A stretch of DNA of 64,000 nt from an uncultured Bacillales bacterium. Its GTDB lineage: Bacteria; Bacillota_I; Bacilli_A; RF39; UBA660. Below, piece after piece: positions 1 to 8,836 of this stretch (the stretch's first letter is position 1; every line of letters begins with the position of its first letter). The notes under the pieces were generated by a model. That model saw only the letters and a program-made list of their open reading frames with translations, was not told where the DNA came from and did not search any database. The DNA lies in contig CAOJRT010000004.1 in the NCBI GenBank assembly GCA_948442255.1, forward strand, positions 4,614 through 68,613. Direction: 5' to 3'. A program made the translations under genes and the position numbers.

Positions 1-608
1 TTTTTAATGCATCCAACTCAGATCAATTATTTTCCATGACTCCCAAAGATCTAAATATGATAGCTAATATAAAAGAAATGCTTGTCTGTGGAGTTAATTC
101 GTTTAAAGTAGAAGGAAGAATGCGTAGTGTCTATTACATAGCGACCATTATTCATACTTATCGTAGATTAATAGATAAAGTAAGGAATAATACCTTAGAG
201 GAAGCATACACTAATTATAGCTTGGCAATTTTAAATAGATGTGCCAACCGGGATAGTGTAGAACAATTCTTTCATAAAACGCCAGGAAAAGAAGAACAAT
301 ACTTTTTAGGTAGAGACGAAGTAAGCAATAAAGATTTTTTAGGTATAGTAAAATCCTATAAAAAGGAAACTCAAGAGGTCACTCTAGAACAAAGAAATTA
401 CTTTAAACCAGGAGATATAGTGGAATTTTTCGGACCAAATAAAGAAGCAATTGCTTTTACAATACCTAAAGAACTTTATAACGAAAAAAAGGAACGAATA
501 GAAGTAGCCAATCATCCAAAAATGCTTGTTAAATTTAATTGTTCTATTCCACTAGAAGAATTTGATATGATGCGAATTAAAATGTTTGACATTTCAGAAT
601 TTTTATAG
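1..608 (+). CDS. Peptidase U32-family protein, C-terminal part (5' end lies upstream of the window)
   Basis: The frame is open from nt 3 (FNASNSDQLFS precedes the first Met at 36). 'NSFKVEGRMRSVYYIATIIHTYRRLID' parallels 'DSIKIEGRMKSKEYVAAVTSVFRKLIN' of the full-length U32 gene at 58879-61074. Confidence 0.6.
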   Translation, partial: FNASNSDQLFSMTPKDLNMIANIKEMLVCGVNSFKVEGRMRSVYYIATIIHTYRRLIDKVRNNTLEEAYTNYSLAILNRCANRDSVEQFFHKTPGKEEQYFLGRDEVSNKDFLGIVKSYKKETQEVTLEQRNYFKPGDIVEFFGPNKEAIAFTIPKELYNEKKERIEVANHPKMLVKFNCSIPLEEFDMMRIKMFDISEFL

Positions 609-643
609 TATTCTTATGAAGACTTTTGAAGGAGAGATTTAAA

Positions 644-1111
644 ATGGCAAAAGAAGAGATTTTACTAACTGCTGCTGGTTATGCAGAGTTAGAAGAAGAA
701 CTGAATGATTTAAGGATAAATAAGAGGGCTGAAAATGTGGCTGCTATAAAAGAAGCAAGAAGTCATGGCGATTTATCTGAAAATTCAGAATATGACGCTG
801 CAAGAGATGAACAAGCAAAGATAGAAGCCAGAATCCAAGAATTAGAGTATAAATTAGAAAATGCAACAATTATAGCAAATAAAGATAAAGATAGTGTAAA
901 CGTTGGGAGTGAAGTTACTATTTTATATGTGGAGGATGAAGAAGAAGATACCTATTCTATAGTAGGTTCATTGGAAGCCGACCCTTTTGAAAACAAAATT
1001 AGTAATGAGTCTCCAATTGGTAAAGCCTTAATGGGAAGAAAAGTAGGAGATGTTATTCCTGTAGAAGGACCAAATGGTACTTATGAAGTAAAAATAACGA
1101 AGATAGCTTAA
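644..1111 (+). CDS. greA: Transcription elongation factor GreA
   Basis: MAKEEILLTAAGYAELEEELNDLR...HGDLSENSEYDAARDEQ is the GreA N-terminal coiled-coil signature. The size is about 155 aa. GGAGAG RBS lies before the ATG at 644; the track start at 626 is a TTG inside the RBS region. Confidence 0.9.
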   Translation: MAKEEILLTAAGYAELEEELNDLRINKRAENVAAIKEARSHGDLSENSEYDAARDEQAKIEARIQELEYKLENATIIANKDKDSVNVGSEVTILYVEDEEEDTYSIVGSLEADPFENKISNESPIGKALMGRKVGDVIPVEGPNGTYEVKITKIA

Positions 1112-1181
1112 GCTGTCTTTTTATATTGCTTAATTGAGAAAATTTCGGTATAATAATTTGGTATTGAAGGAGAAATGTGAA

Positions 1182-2423
1182 ATGAAAAACGTATACATAA
1201 AAGAAGTGGAAATAAAAGACAAAGAATGGCAATCTATTTTAGATACTGTGTTTGAAAAAAAGAATAAAGACATAAAAGTGGATGGATTTAGAAAAGGAAA
1301 ATGCCCAAAAAGTGTTTATTTAAATAAATTTGGTATTGAATCTTTATTTATGGATGCAGTAGACGAAGCAGGAGGAAAAGCTTATACTAGTATGTTAAGA
1401 GATAGTAAGCTAATTCCAGTATGTGAGCCAAAAATGGATATAAAAGAAATTGATAAAGATCATGTAAAATTTGAATTTACTATTATAACAAAACCAGAAG
1501 TTAAATTAGGAGAATATAAAAATCTTGGAGTAAAAAAGGACGAAGTAAAAGTAAGTAAAAAAGAAATAGAAGAAGAAGTAGCAAGACTTTGTAGTCGTTT
1601 TGCTGAAATTGTTGTAAAAGAAAAAGGAGATGTATTAGAAGGAAACACAGCTGTCATTGATTTTGAAGGCGTAGTAAATGGAAAACCTTTAGATGGTGGT
1701 AGCGGAGCTAACTATCCATTAGAAATAGGGTCTCATACTTTTATTCCTGGCTTTGAAGAAGGCATAGTTGGAATGAAAGTGGGAGAAACAAAAGAATTAA
1801 ATTTAAAATTCCCAGAAGACTATACAAAAGAATTAGCTGGTAAAGAAGTAACATTTAAAGTAACAGTAAGAGAGATTAAAGAAAGAGTACTTCCAGAATT
1901 AAATAAAGAATTCTATGCAGATTTGGGTTATGAATCTATAGAGACTGAAGAAGAGTTTAAGGATGAAGTAAAAAAGGCAATTACCGAAAGAAAAGAGGAA
2001 GAAGTCAAAAACAAGTATGTTGATGATGTGTTGGAAGCAGCTTCTAAAAACATGAAGGTAGAGCTAAATGATGAGATTATTGATGAAGAAGTACATAGAA
2101 TGATGAACCAATTTGCACAGCAATTACAAATGCAAGGGCTTTCTATGGAACAATATTATGAGTTTACAGGAGGTTCTCATGAAGATATGCATAAACAAAT
2201 GGAACCTGAAGCTACAAAGAGAGTAAAATATCGATATTTAATTGAAGCTGTAGCAGATGCAGAAAAAATAGAAATTAAGGATAAAGATGCAGAAGTAGAA
2301 GCTGAAAACATGGCAACGCAATATGGTATGAAAAAAGAAGAGTTCTTAAAAGAATTTGGTGGGCTAGAAGTTGTAAAATATGATATGAAGATGCGTGCAG
2401 CTTTAGATATATTAAGCAAATAG
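1182..2423 (+). CDS. tig: Trigger factor (ribosome-associated chaperone, FKBP-type PPIase)
   Basis: GFRKGKCPKSV ribosome-binding loop; FKBP core VIDFEGVVNGKPLDGGSGANYPLEIGSHTFIPGFEEGIVGMKVGE. AAGGAGAA RBS lies before the ATG at 1182 (MKNVYIKE). Confidence 0.9.
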   Translation: MKNVYIKEVEIKDKEWQSILDTVFEKKNKDIKVDGFRKGKCPKSVYLNKFGIESLFMDAVDEAGGKAYTSMLRDSKLIPVCEPKMDIKEIDKDHVKFEFTIITKPEVKLGEYKNLGVKKDEVKVSKKEIEEEVARLCSRFAEIVVKEKGDVLEGNTAVIDFEGVVNGKPLDGGSGANYPLEIGSHTFIPGFEEGIVGMKVGETKELNLKFPEDYTKELAGKEVTFKVTVREIKERVLPELNKEFYADLGYESIETEEEFKDEVKKAITERKEEEVKNKYVDDVLEAASKNMKVELNDEIIDEEVHRMMNQFAQQLQMQGLSMEQYYEFTGGSHEDMHKQMEPEATKRVKYRYLIEAVADAEKIEIKDKDAEVEAENMATQYGMKKEEFLKEFGGLEVVKYDMKMRAALDILSK

Positions 2424-2443
2424 AGCATAAAATGCTCTTTTTC
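2422..2443 (+). terminator. Intrinsic terminator after tig
   Basis: agagcat-aaa-atgctct hairpin followed by ttttt, directly after the tig stop codon. Confidence 0.6.
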
Positions 2444-2476
2444 TTTGCGAAAAAGTGTTAAACAAATCTCTTTCTC

Positions 2477-2914
2477 TTGTCAATGTTCATTTCCTGTGGA
2501 AATTTAGTTTCAATTGACGATATCTCTAACTGGGGTTTATCCAATGTAACCAACATGTCTACAGTTTTTCAAGATACACTTGCTTTAAAATCTGTTGGAG
2601 GCTCTGGGAATTGGAATTTAAACAAAGTGACCAATATGAGTTCTGCTTTTCAAAACACAGGTTTAGAATACTTAGATGCTTCTAACTGGGAATTAGAAGT
2701 TATAACTGATTTTGATATTTCCAATATAGACTTTACAAGCGCAACAATAACAGATCGTATGTTTGCTGATATTCCTACGATAAATGGAAATCTTAATTTT
2801 AATAGAACAAAAGTAACTAATTATTCTAATATGTTTACGATGCAGTCTAGAATAAATGATCCTGATTTTCATAGAAAAAATCCAATTATTATTAATTTAT
2901 ATAGAGGCGAATGA
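2477..2914 (+). pseudogene. Orphan fragment of a DUF285-type (26-residue surface-repeat) protein
   Basis: Repeats of the form 'ISNWGLSNVTNMSTVFQ', 'GNWNLNKVTNMSSAFQ' and 'NRTKVTNYSNMF' match the W-x-(V/T)-S-x-V-T-N-M-x-x-M-F repeat of DUF285 surface proteins. There is no signal peptide or lipobox, the start is TTG or an internal ATG, and the ORF is only 145 aa. It is probably a remnant. Confidence 0.45.
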
Positions 2915-3141
2915 ATCTTTGGTAGATACTATTATAGAGCATCACAGTATAAGAAATGCTAATATAGAAAAAGGCACATTAATTTCTTAAAAAACCATTT
3001 TGCTATAATTATTTCTAATAAAATAAATTAACGTTAGAACGAATGGGTATAGCCAAAAAATGGAAAAAAAAGGTTTTGCCCAAAAGAGAGGAACAAAAAG
3101 AAAATTTTGTTTCTTTTTTTGTAAAAAAAATGAAAAAATCA

Positions 3142-3170
3142 TAGACAAAAAATCATGAAAAATATATAAT
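3142..3170 (+). promoter_or_regulatory. Putative sigma-A-type promoter of lon
   Basis: tagaca (3142-3147), 17 nt spacer, tataat (3165-3170), about 33 nt upstream of the lon GTG. It is flanked by two copies of aaaaaatcat (3133-3142 and 3147-3156). Confidence 0.4.
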
Positions 3171-3202
3171 AAACGTTATGTAATTGAAGGAGGCGAATAT
3201 CC

Positions 3203-5521
3203 GTGAACAACAACTTACCTGTGATGCTTCTAAAAAGGATTATTCTCCTACCTACGCAAGATGTGAGACTTGATTTAAACAACGAAATAAGCAGTAAAGT
3301 AATTAATTTAGCTATAACCAAACATAATAGTGAGATATTAATTGTATGCCCAAATGACCCATTTGAAGAATCGCCTGACGTTTCTGATTTACCTAGTGTA
3401 GGGGTCGTAGGAAAAATAAAAAGTAAGCTAGCGCTACCAAATGGGAACCTAAGAATTGTTGTTTCTGGATACAAAAGAGTCAAAATCAAAGAATATGTAA
3501 ATGAAATTGCTGATGGGGATATATTAAAAGCTCATATAAATGAAGTGGAGTTACCTCGTTTTGATGAAGTGGAAGAAACTACTTTAAAAAGAAAATTAGA
3601 AGAATTGTTAAACGAATATATAGAGTGTTCTACTACTATAAGCAATAGCGTTTTATCTAGCGTTAAGGATGAAAATGATTTAGATAAAATGACCGATATA
3701 ATTGTTTCCTTTATGCCTTTTACAACTGAGAAAAAGCTATTATACATGCAAGAAGTCAATCCTTTACATCGTGGAAATGCTCTTGTATACGATTTATCTA
3801 TAGAATTACAGGTGGCCCAATTAGATACGAAGTTAGATGATGCTTTACGAATTGATTTTGAAAGAAATCAGAAAGAATTTGTTCTTCGTGAAAAAATGGA
3901 AGCTATACGTAAGGAGCTGGGAGAAACAAATTTAAAAGATGAAGTTATTGGAGATTATTTAGAAAAAATAAACACTTTAAAATGTGATGGGAAGTTAAAA
4001 AACAAACTAGTCAGTGAAGTAAAAAAGCTAGATTATACAAGCGAAGGAAGTCCTGAAATAAGTAATATTCGTAATTATTTAGATTTTGTTTTAGATTTAC
4101 CATTTGGCATTTCAAGTGTAGATGAAAGTGATTTGACTAAGATTAAAGAATGTTTAGATTTAACACATTATGGACTTGAAAAGATAAAAGATCGTATCTT
4201 AGAATATGTAGCTGTAAAGAATCGTAATAAAGATTTAAAAAGCCCTATTATATGTTTAGTGGGACCTCCTGGAGTTGGAAAAACTTCCTTAGCAATCGCA
4301 ATTGCTGATAGTTTAAAAAAAGAATTTTATAAAATTAGTGTAGGAGGATTAAATGATAGTGCAGAACTAAATGGACATAGAAGAACTTATATAGGATCAA
4401 GTCCAGGTAAAATTATGCAAGCGCTACGAAAATGTGGGACATCAAACCCCTTAATTCTTATTGATGAAGTTGATAAGATGGTTAAAGATTATAAAGGAGA
4501 TCCAGCTTCTGTTTTGCTAGATATTTTAGATCCTGAGCAAAATACTATGTTTGTTGATAATTATGTAGAAGAGCCTTTTGATTTATCAGATGTCTTATTT
4601 ATCTTAACAGCAAACTACGAAGAAGATATTCCAGATGCTTTATATGATCGTTTAGAAATCATTGAGCTCTCTAGTTATACAGAGTTTGAAAAAATAAATA
4701 TTGCCAAAGATTATTTGATTCCAACAATATATAAAGAAAATCTTGTGTGTAGCAAAGAGATAAAATTTACAAATGATGTTATTATTGAAATTATAAACCA
4801 TTATACCAAGGAAGCTGGAGTTCGTGATTTAAATCGGAATCTAAGTGCAATTGTTAGAAAAATAGTTACAAAATCGGTAAAAGAGAGCAATAGTCCAATT
4901 AAAGTTGCGCTAAAGAAAAGTGACTTATCTTTCTATTTAGGGCCAGCTAAGTACAATGATAAAAATGAAATCGTAACAAAAACAGTTGGCTTGGTAAATG
5001 CTTTAGCTTACACCCCTTTAGGAGGAATAGTCTTACAAGTCGAAGCAACAATGTATAAAGGAAAAGGCGATTTCAAAGCGACAGGAAATATAGGACAGAC
5101 AATGGACGAAAGTATATCAGTTGCTCTAAGTTATATTAGAAGAAATTTAACAATGTTAAAAATTAAAAATTATGATTATGAGACAACTGATTTCCATATC
5201 CACTTTTTAGAAGGCGCCCAAAAAAAAGATGGACCTTCTGCAGGAGTTGCTATAACTACCTCTTTAATCAGTTTAATATTAGATAAAAAAGTTCCTTCTA
5301 CGATTGCTATGACTGGAGAAATTTCTTTACGAGGGGATATATTAAAAATAGGTGGTCTAAAAGAAAAGATAATTGGTGCTTTTAACCAAGGCATAAAAAA
5401 AGTATTTATTCCTGAAGGAAATAAAGCTGATTTAGAACTGATTCCCAAAGAAATCAAAGAAAATATAGAAATTCAGTTAGTGAAAAATTATAAAGAGGTA
5501 TTTCAAGAAATATTTAAGTAA
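3203..5521 (+). CDS. lon: ATP-dependent Lon protease
   Basis: N-terminal LON domain (LPVMLLKRIILLPTQDVRLDL), Walker A GPPGVGKTS, Walker B LILIDEVDK, and the proteolytic serine motif KDGPSAGVAITTSLIS. GGAGG RBS lies before the GTG start. Confidence 0.95.
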   Translation: MNNNLPVMLLKRIILLPTQDVRLDLNNEISSKVINLAITKHNSEILIVCPNDPFEESPDVSDLPSVGVVGKIKSKLALPNGNLRIVVSGYKRVKIKEYVNEIADGDILKAHINEVELPRFDEVEETTLKRKLEELLNEYIECSTTISNSVLSSVKDENDLDKMTDIIVSFMPFTTEKKLLYMQEVNPLHRGNALVYDLSIELQVAQLDTKLDDALRIDFERNQKEFVLREKMEAIRKELGETNLKDEVIGDYLEKINTLKCDGKLKNKLVSEVKKLDYTSEGSPEISNIRNYLDFVLDLPFGISSVDESDLTKIKECLDLTHYGLEKIKDRILEYVAVKNRNKDLKSPIICLVGPPGVGKTSLAIAIADSLKKEFYKISVGGLNDSAELNGHRRTYIGSSPGKIMQALRKCGTSNPLILIDEVDKMVKDYKGDPASVLLDILDPEQNTMFVDNYVEEPFDLSDVLFILTANYEEDIPDALYDRLEIIELSSYTEFEKINIAKDYLIPTIYKENLVCSKEIKFTNDVIIEIINHYTKEAGVRDLNRNLSAIVRKIVTKSVKESNSPIKVALKKSDLSFYLGPAKYNDKNEIVTKTVGLVNALAYTPLGGIVLQVEATMYKGKGDFKATGNIGQTMDESISVALSYIRRNLTMLKIKNYDYETTDFHIHFLEGAQKKDGPSAGVAITTSLISLILDKKVPSTIAMTGEISLRGDILKIGGLKEKIIGAFNQGIKKVFIPEGNKADLELIPKEIKENIEIQLVKNYKEVFQEIFK

Positions 5522-5558
5522 TGAAATATCTTTTTTTTCATATTCTTTAATAGGAGGA

Positions 5559-6308
5559 ATGTTTATGAAACAAATTATACCATTTGTTAAGGATGTTGTC
5601 TTTAAAGATAAGATAGCAATGATAACTAGTATTTCTTTAGAACATGAAGAAAAAGTCTTGGATGGAGAAATATCTGGGGACTTTGTGATTTATGGAGATT
5701 ATAAAGTACATGCCGATACGACAGAGAAAGAACTATTTAAGTATCGTTTACCTTTCACAGCTATATTGCCAGATAATATAGATAAAAATAGTGTCATTGT
5801 CGACATAAAAGATTTTACTTACGATTTAAAAGAAGAAGACGTAGTCACTGTTTCTATTGATTTTAGCGTGGAAGGAGAGGAAATAGAAGTTTTAGAAGAA
5901 GTGGAGGAAAAAAGGGAAGAGGAAGAAGTGATAGAAGAAAATATTCCATTAGAAACAATCAATGAAGAAATTGATGCTTTTTTAGAAGAAATAGAAGAAC
6001 CAATAGTAGAGGAACGAACAGATGATAAAGAAATCATACAAGAAGTAAGAGAGGAATCTACATTTATAGAAAATAAGGAGGAGAATTTAATGCCAGAGAC
6101 AATTGAAATAGAAAAGGAAGAAATGACTACGGAAGAAACAAAAAGTGAATATATTACTTACCATATTCATATAGTGGGAGAAAATGAAACTTTAGAGCAA
6201 ATTATGCAGAAATATGAAACCAATCTAGATTATATAAAAATGTATAATGATATTACAAACTTAACAATTGGAGATAAATTAATTATTCCTGACAAAGAAG
6301 ATGAATAG
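5559..6308 (+). CDS. SpoVID-like protein (SpoVID-type N-terminal domain, acidic linker, C-terminal LysM)
   Basis: The N-terminal approximately 105 aa (IPFVKDVVFKDKIAMITSISLEHEE...GDFVIYGDYKV...VSIDFSVEGEE) has the pattern of the B. subtilis SpoVID N-domain. A Glu-rich spacer follows, then C-terminal LysM (YHIHIVGENETLEQIMQKYETNLDYIKMYNDITNLTIGDKLIIP). The next gene is ysxE-like, as in B. subtilis. Confidence 0.55.
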   Translation: MFMKQIIPFVKDVVFKDKIAMITSISLEHEEKVLDGEISGDFVIYGDYKVHADTTEKELFKYRLPFTAILPDNIDKNSVIVDIKDFTYDLKEEDVVTVSIDFSVEGEEIEVLEEVEEKREEEEVIEENIPLETINEEIDAFLEEIEEPIVEERTDDKEIIQEVREESTFIENKEENLMPETIEIEKEEMTTEETKSEYITYHIHIVGENETLEQIMQKYETNLDYIKMYNDITNLTIGDKLIIPDKEDE

Positions 6309-7176
6309 AGATTTAGAAGTACTTACAAACTTATACAAACCTTATAAAATTTCCAAAAGTGGAAAATGTACCATATTGAATACAATGGAAGGCGATTATG
6401 TAGTAAAAGGTAATACAAAAATAGATTACAAATATTTATACCATTACTTACATAGTCGCAATTTTTCTTATTTTCCTAAATTAGTAGATGGAAGTAGAGC
6501 ATCCACTAATGTTTTTGAATACCAAGAAGATTTAAGTATAGATACATCACAAAAAGCATTAGATTTAATTCATATTGTTGCTTTATTACATAGTAAAACA
6601 TGTTATTTTAAAGAAATAACCAACGATCGATATAAACAAATATTTGATGATTTAAAAAATAATATTAATTACGTAAAAAATTACTATAATGAATGGTATG
6701 AGTCTTTTATAAAAGAGATATATTATACACCAAGTCAGTATTTGTTTTTGCGTAATTATTCCCTTTTATATAATGCGATTGCTTATGTAGAAGCGAAAAC
6801 AGATGCATGGTTTTTAAGAGTAAAAGATCAAAATAAAATGCGAGTTTGCCTTATTCATAATAATTTAAAGTTAGAACACTTTTTAAAAAATGAAGAAGCT
6901 TACCTTATTAGTTGGGAAGAGTATACTTTTGACACCCCTGTCTTAGACTTATTCCATTTTTATCAAAATGAATGGATGCACATTCCCTTTTTAGAAATTT
7001 TTTCGGCTTACCAAGATGATAATACTTTATTAGAAGAAGAACGATTACTTTTGGATATTTTAATTAGTATTCCTATGAAAATAGAATTGGGATCAAATGA
7101 ACTAGAAAACACAAGAAAGATAAGAGAATTGATTAACTATTTATCGAAATCATCGAAAATCGTTTTAAACACTTAA
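6301..7176 (+). CDS. CotS/YsxE-like spore-coat kinase-fold protein (catalytic motif appears degenerate)
   Basis: It overlaps the spoVID-like stop, suggesting translational coupling. 'VCLIHNNLKLEHFLKNEEAYLISWEEYTFDTPVLDLFHFY' aligns by eye to the CotS/APH 'HGDxxxxN ... IDFD ... DLA' block. Its position downstream of a spoVID-like gene mirrors B. subtilis spoVID-ysxE. Confidence 0.45.
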   Translation: MNRDLEVLTNLYKPYKISKSGKCTILNTMEGDYVVKGNTKIDYKYLYHYLHSRNFSYFPKLVDGSRASTNVFEYQEDLSIDTSQKALDLIHIVALLHSKTCYFKEITNDRYKQIFDDLKNNINYVKNYYNEWYESFIKEIYYTPSQYLFLRNYSLLYNAIAYVEAKTDAWFLRVKDQNKMRVCLIHNNLKLEHFLKNEEAYLISWEEYTFDTPVLDLFHFYQNEWMHIPFLEIFSAYQDDNTLLEEERLLLDILISIPMKIELGSNELENTRKIRELINYLSKSSKIVLNT

Positions 7177-7346
7177 TAAGGCCATAGCAAACGAAAGAGC
7201 AAGAAAAAAAGTAAGAAAGTTTCAATCAAAAGAATTACTATATTAAAACGCAATGGCAAAATAAGTGTAAGAATAATTTGATAAAAAATTAAAATACAAA
7301 GACAGAATATGGCTATAAAAAGAAAGAAGCTATTTCGTGGACACAT
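7173..7346 (-). CDS. Possible 57-aa hydrophobic small protein (weak call)
   Basis: ATG preceded by TAGGTGA with 5 nt spacing. Product: MCPRNSFFLFIAIFCLCILIFYQIILTLILPLRFNIVILLIETFLLFFLLFRLLWPY. Phe/Leu/Ile-rich ORFs arise easily by chance in AT-rich DNA. Confidence 0.2.
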   Translation of the reverse strand: MCPRNSFFLFIAIFCLCILIFYQIILTLILPLRFNIVILLIETFLLFFLLFRLLWPY

Positions 7347-7437
7347 ATAATCACCTACTATAAAATATGAAAAGGAACTTTAAATGTTTCTTTTTTTGTG
7401 ATATGATACTTATAAGATAGCAATAGGTGGTGAAACA

Positions 7438-8349
7438 ATGAAAGGGAAAAAATCATATGCATTCTTTTTATTAATTATTTTAGGGGCCTCTGTATTATTA
7501 CTTAGTCTTTCTTATGCAAAAGAATCTATGAAAGGAAAAGAAAATAAGGGAGAGAGTATAGAAAAAGCAGATTTAAGAATAGTTTGTTCTTCCACATGTA
7601 CAAAAGTAAAGACGAATGAAGAAACAACGTTCGCGATAACCAATTTAATGACGGAAGCAAGAACATTGGCGTTATGGATTTCTCCTATAAATCAAGAGGA
7701 AGAAATAAAAGTTTTCTTAAACGGGAATGAACAACTAAATCTCCAAAATCCTATACTATGGGAGTTCTCTTCTTTTGGGGAAGTTAATGATTTTAAAAAC
7801 TTTACCATCTTAATTAAAAGTGAAAAGAAAACAGAATATAATATAAAAATAGAAGACTATGAAGAGAAAAATACTTTACTAAATGCAATAAAGATTGATG
7901 ATAACATCTATCAAGAGAAAGGAAATTACTATTACTATGGAGAAAATCCTTCTAACTATATTCTTTATAATGACTCTTTATATCAAATAATCGGAATAAT
8001 AGAGGAGGATATTAAATTAATTAGTCCTGTTCTAGGATTAGGAACATACAAAGAAGAAAATAACTATGCCACATTAAAAGACTATCAAAAAAGCTTTGGT
8101 AAAGAAGATTTTGTTATAGAAGATGCTCTTTCTTATAAGAGTTGGATGACTGGAGAAAAAGGATTTTGGTTAAAAGATCAAGAAAATAATTTAGCTTATT
8201 ATGCAAGTAAATATGATGGCATAGAAAAAAGTGTAAAATATGTAGATTTATATATTAGAGAAGTAGTTTCTATAAAAAAGGATACTTTATTGTTAAAAGG
8301 AGAGGGGACAATAGAAAATCCCTATGAGGTAGTATATGAAAGCGAGTAA
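7438..8349 (+). CDS. Membrane-anchored extracellular protein, paralog of 11583-12554
   Basis: N-terminal K-rich segment plus TM helix (KKSYAFFLLIILGASVLLLSLSYA). It shares 'YYYYGENPSNYILYNDSLYQIIGI' and the C-terminal 'GEGTIENPYEV' with 'YYFKGDSENNYVLYKGILFRIVRI' and 'GQGTQTNPYVI' of the 11583 gene. Confidence 0.6.
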   Translation: MKGKKSYAFFLLIILGASVLLLSLSYAKESMKGKENKGESIEKADLRIVCSSTCTKVKTNEETTFAITNLMTEARTLALWISPINQEEEIKVFLNGNEQLNLQNPILWEFSSFGEVNDFKNFTILIKSEKKTEYNIKIEDYEEKNTLLNAIKIDDNIYQEKGNYYYYGENPSNYILYNDSLYQIIGIIEEDIKLISPVLGLGTYKEENNYATLKDYQKSFGKEDFVIEDALSYKSWMTGEKGFWLKDQENNLAYYASKYDGIEKSVKYVDLYIREVVSIKKDTLLLKGEGTIENPYEVVYESE

Positions 8350-8836
8350 CATATTAAAAAAACAAATTATCATAGAAATCATAGCTTTATTTTTTTTAAT
8401 TGGATGTCTACTTTATTCTTACCTAGCGATTACCAAAAAAGAACAAAATGTCAAAGAAAAAAATGGCATTGTAATGGTACTTGACGATACTGCATTTAAA
8501 AAAATAGAACCTTTAAGTGATGGAAAGGGGTTTCAAACTGACAAAATAACATATACAATAACAAACAACAGCAAAGAAATCAAAGAATATAATATTATAG
8601 TTAAATTTAAAACGTCAGATGATACTCTCTTAAATCATATAAAAGTAGGGATTGACGGTTTATATGCCTACTCTTTAAATGATTTAGAAAAAAAAGAAAA
8701 TGGCTACATTTTAACGACTAATCGTTTAGAACAAGGATTTACGAAAGTGCATGTTTTCCAATATTGGTTAGATAATAGCCAAAATAAAGAAATTAGCAAA
8801 GAAGAGATAGAATTATCCTACGAGTTAGAGGAGTAA
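8336..8836 (+). CDS. Membrane-anchored protein of unknown function
   Basis: It overlaps the upstream gene by 14 nt. It has one N-terminal TM helix (IIIEIIALFFLIGCLLYSYLAI). 'KITYTITNNSKEIKEYNIIVKF' resembles 'ETTFAITN...KKTEYNIKIED' in the N-terminal half of the 7438 product. Confidence 0.5.
   Translation: MKASNILKKQIIIEIIALFFLIGCLLYSYLAITKKEQNVKEKNGIVMVLDDTAFKKIEPLSDGKGFQTDKITYTITNNSKEIKEYNIIVKFKTSDDTLLNHIKVGIDGLYAYSLNDLEKKENGYILTTNRLEQGFTKVHVFQYWLDNSQNKEISKEEIELSYELEE

Noticed and set aside
1460-2428. Antisense ORFs inside tig (1460-1657 and 2177-2428, minus strand)
   Set aside because: They lie entirely within a confidently identified gene on the other strand. They have no RBS, and their Ser/Phe/Ile-rich composition is typical of the antisense of Glu/Lys-rich coding DNA. 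The same reasoning applies to 3139-3489, 3532-3759, 5176-5457, 5819-6037, 10128-10382, 18993-19478, 21863-22186, 30789-31088, 33464-33823, 42962-43255, 44052-44294, 49643-49879, 50858-51227, 51689-52051, 62218-62511 and the other nested track ORFs.
3044-3145. 33-codon ORF (MGIAKKWKKKVLPKREEQKENFVSFFVKKMKKS) upstream of lon
   Set aside because: It has no RBS, the sequence is poly-A-derived and Lys-rich, and it overlaps the predicted lon promoter.
5870-6130. GAA/GAG-rich low-complexity DNA that looked like a tandem or CRISPR-like repeat
   Set aside because: There is no fixed repeat unit or spacer periodicity. It is in frame and encodes the poly-Glu linker of the SpoVID-like protein.
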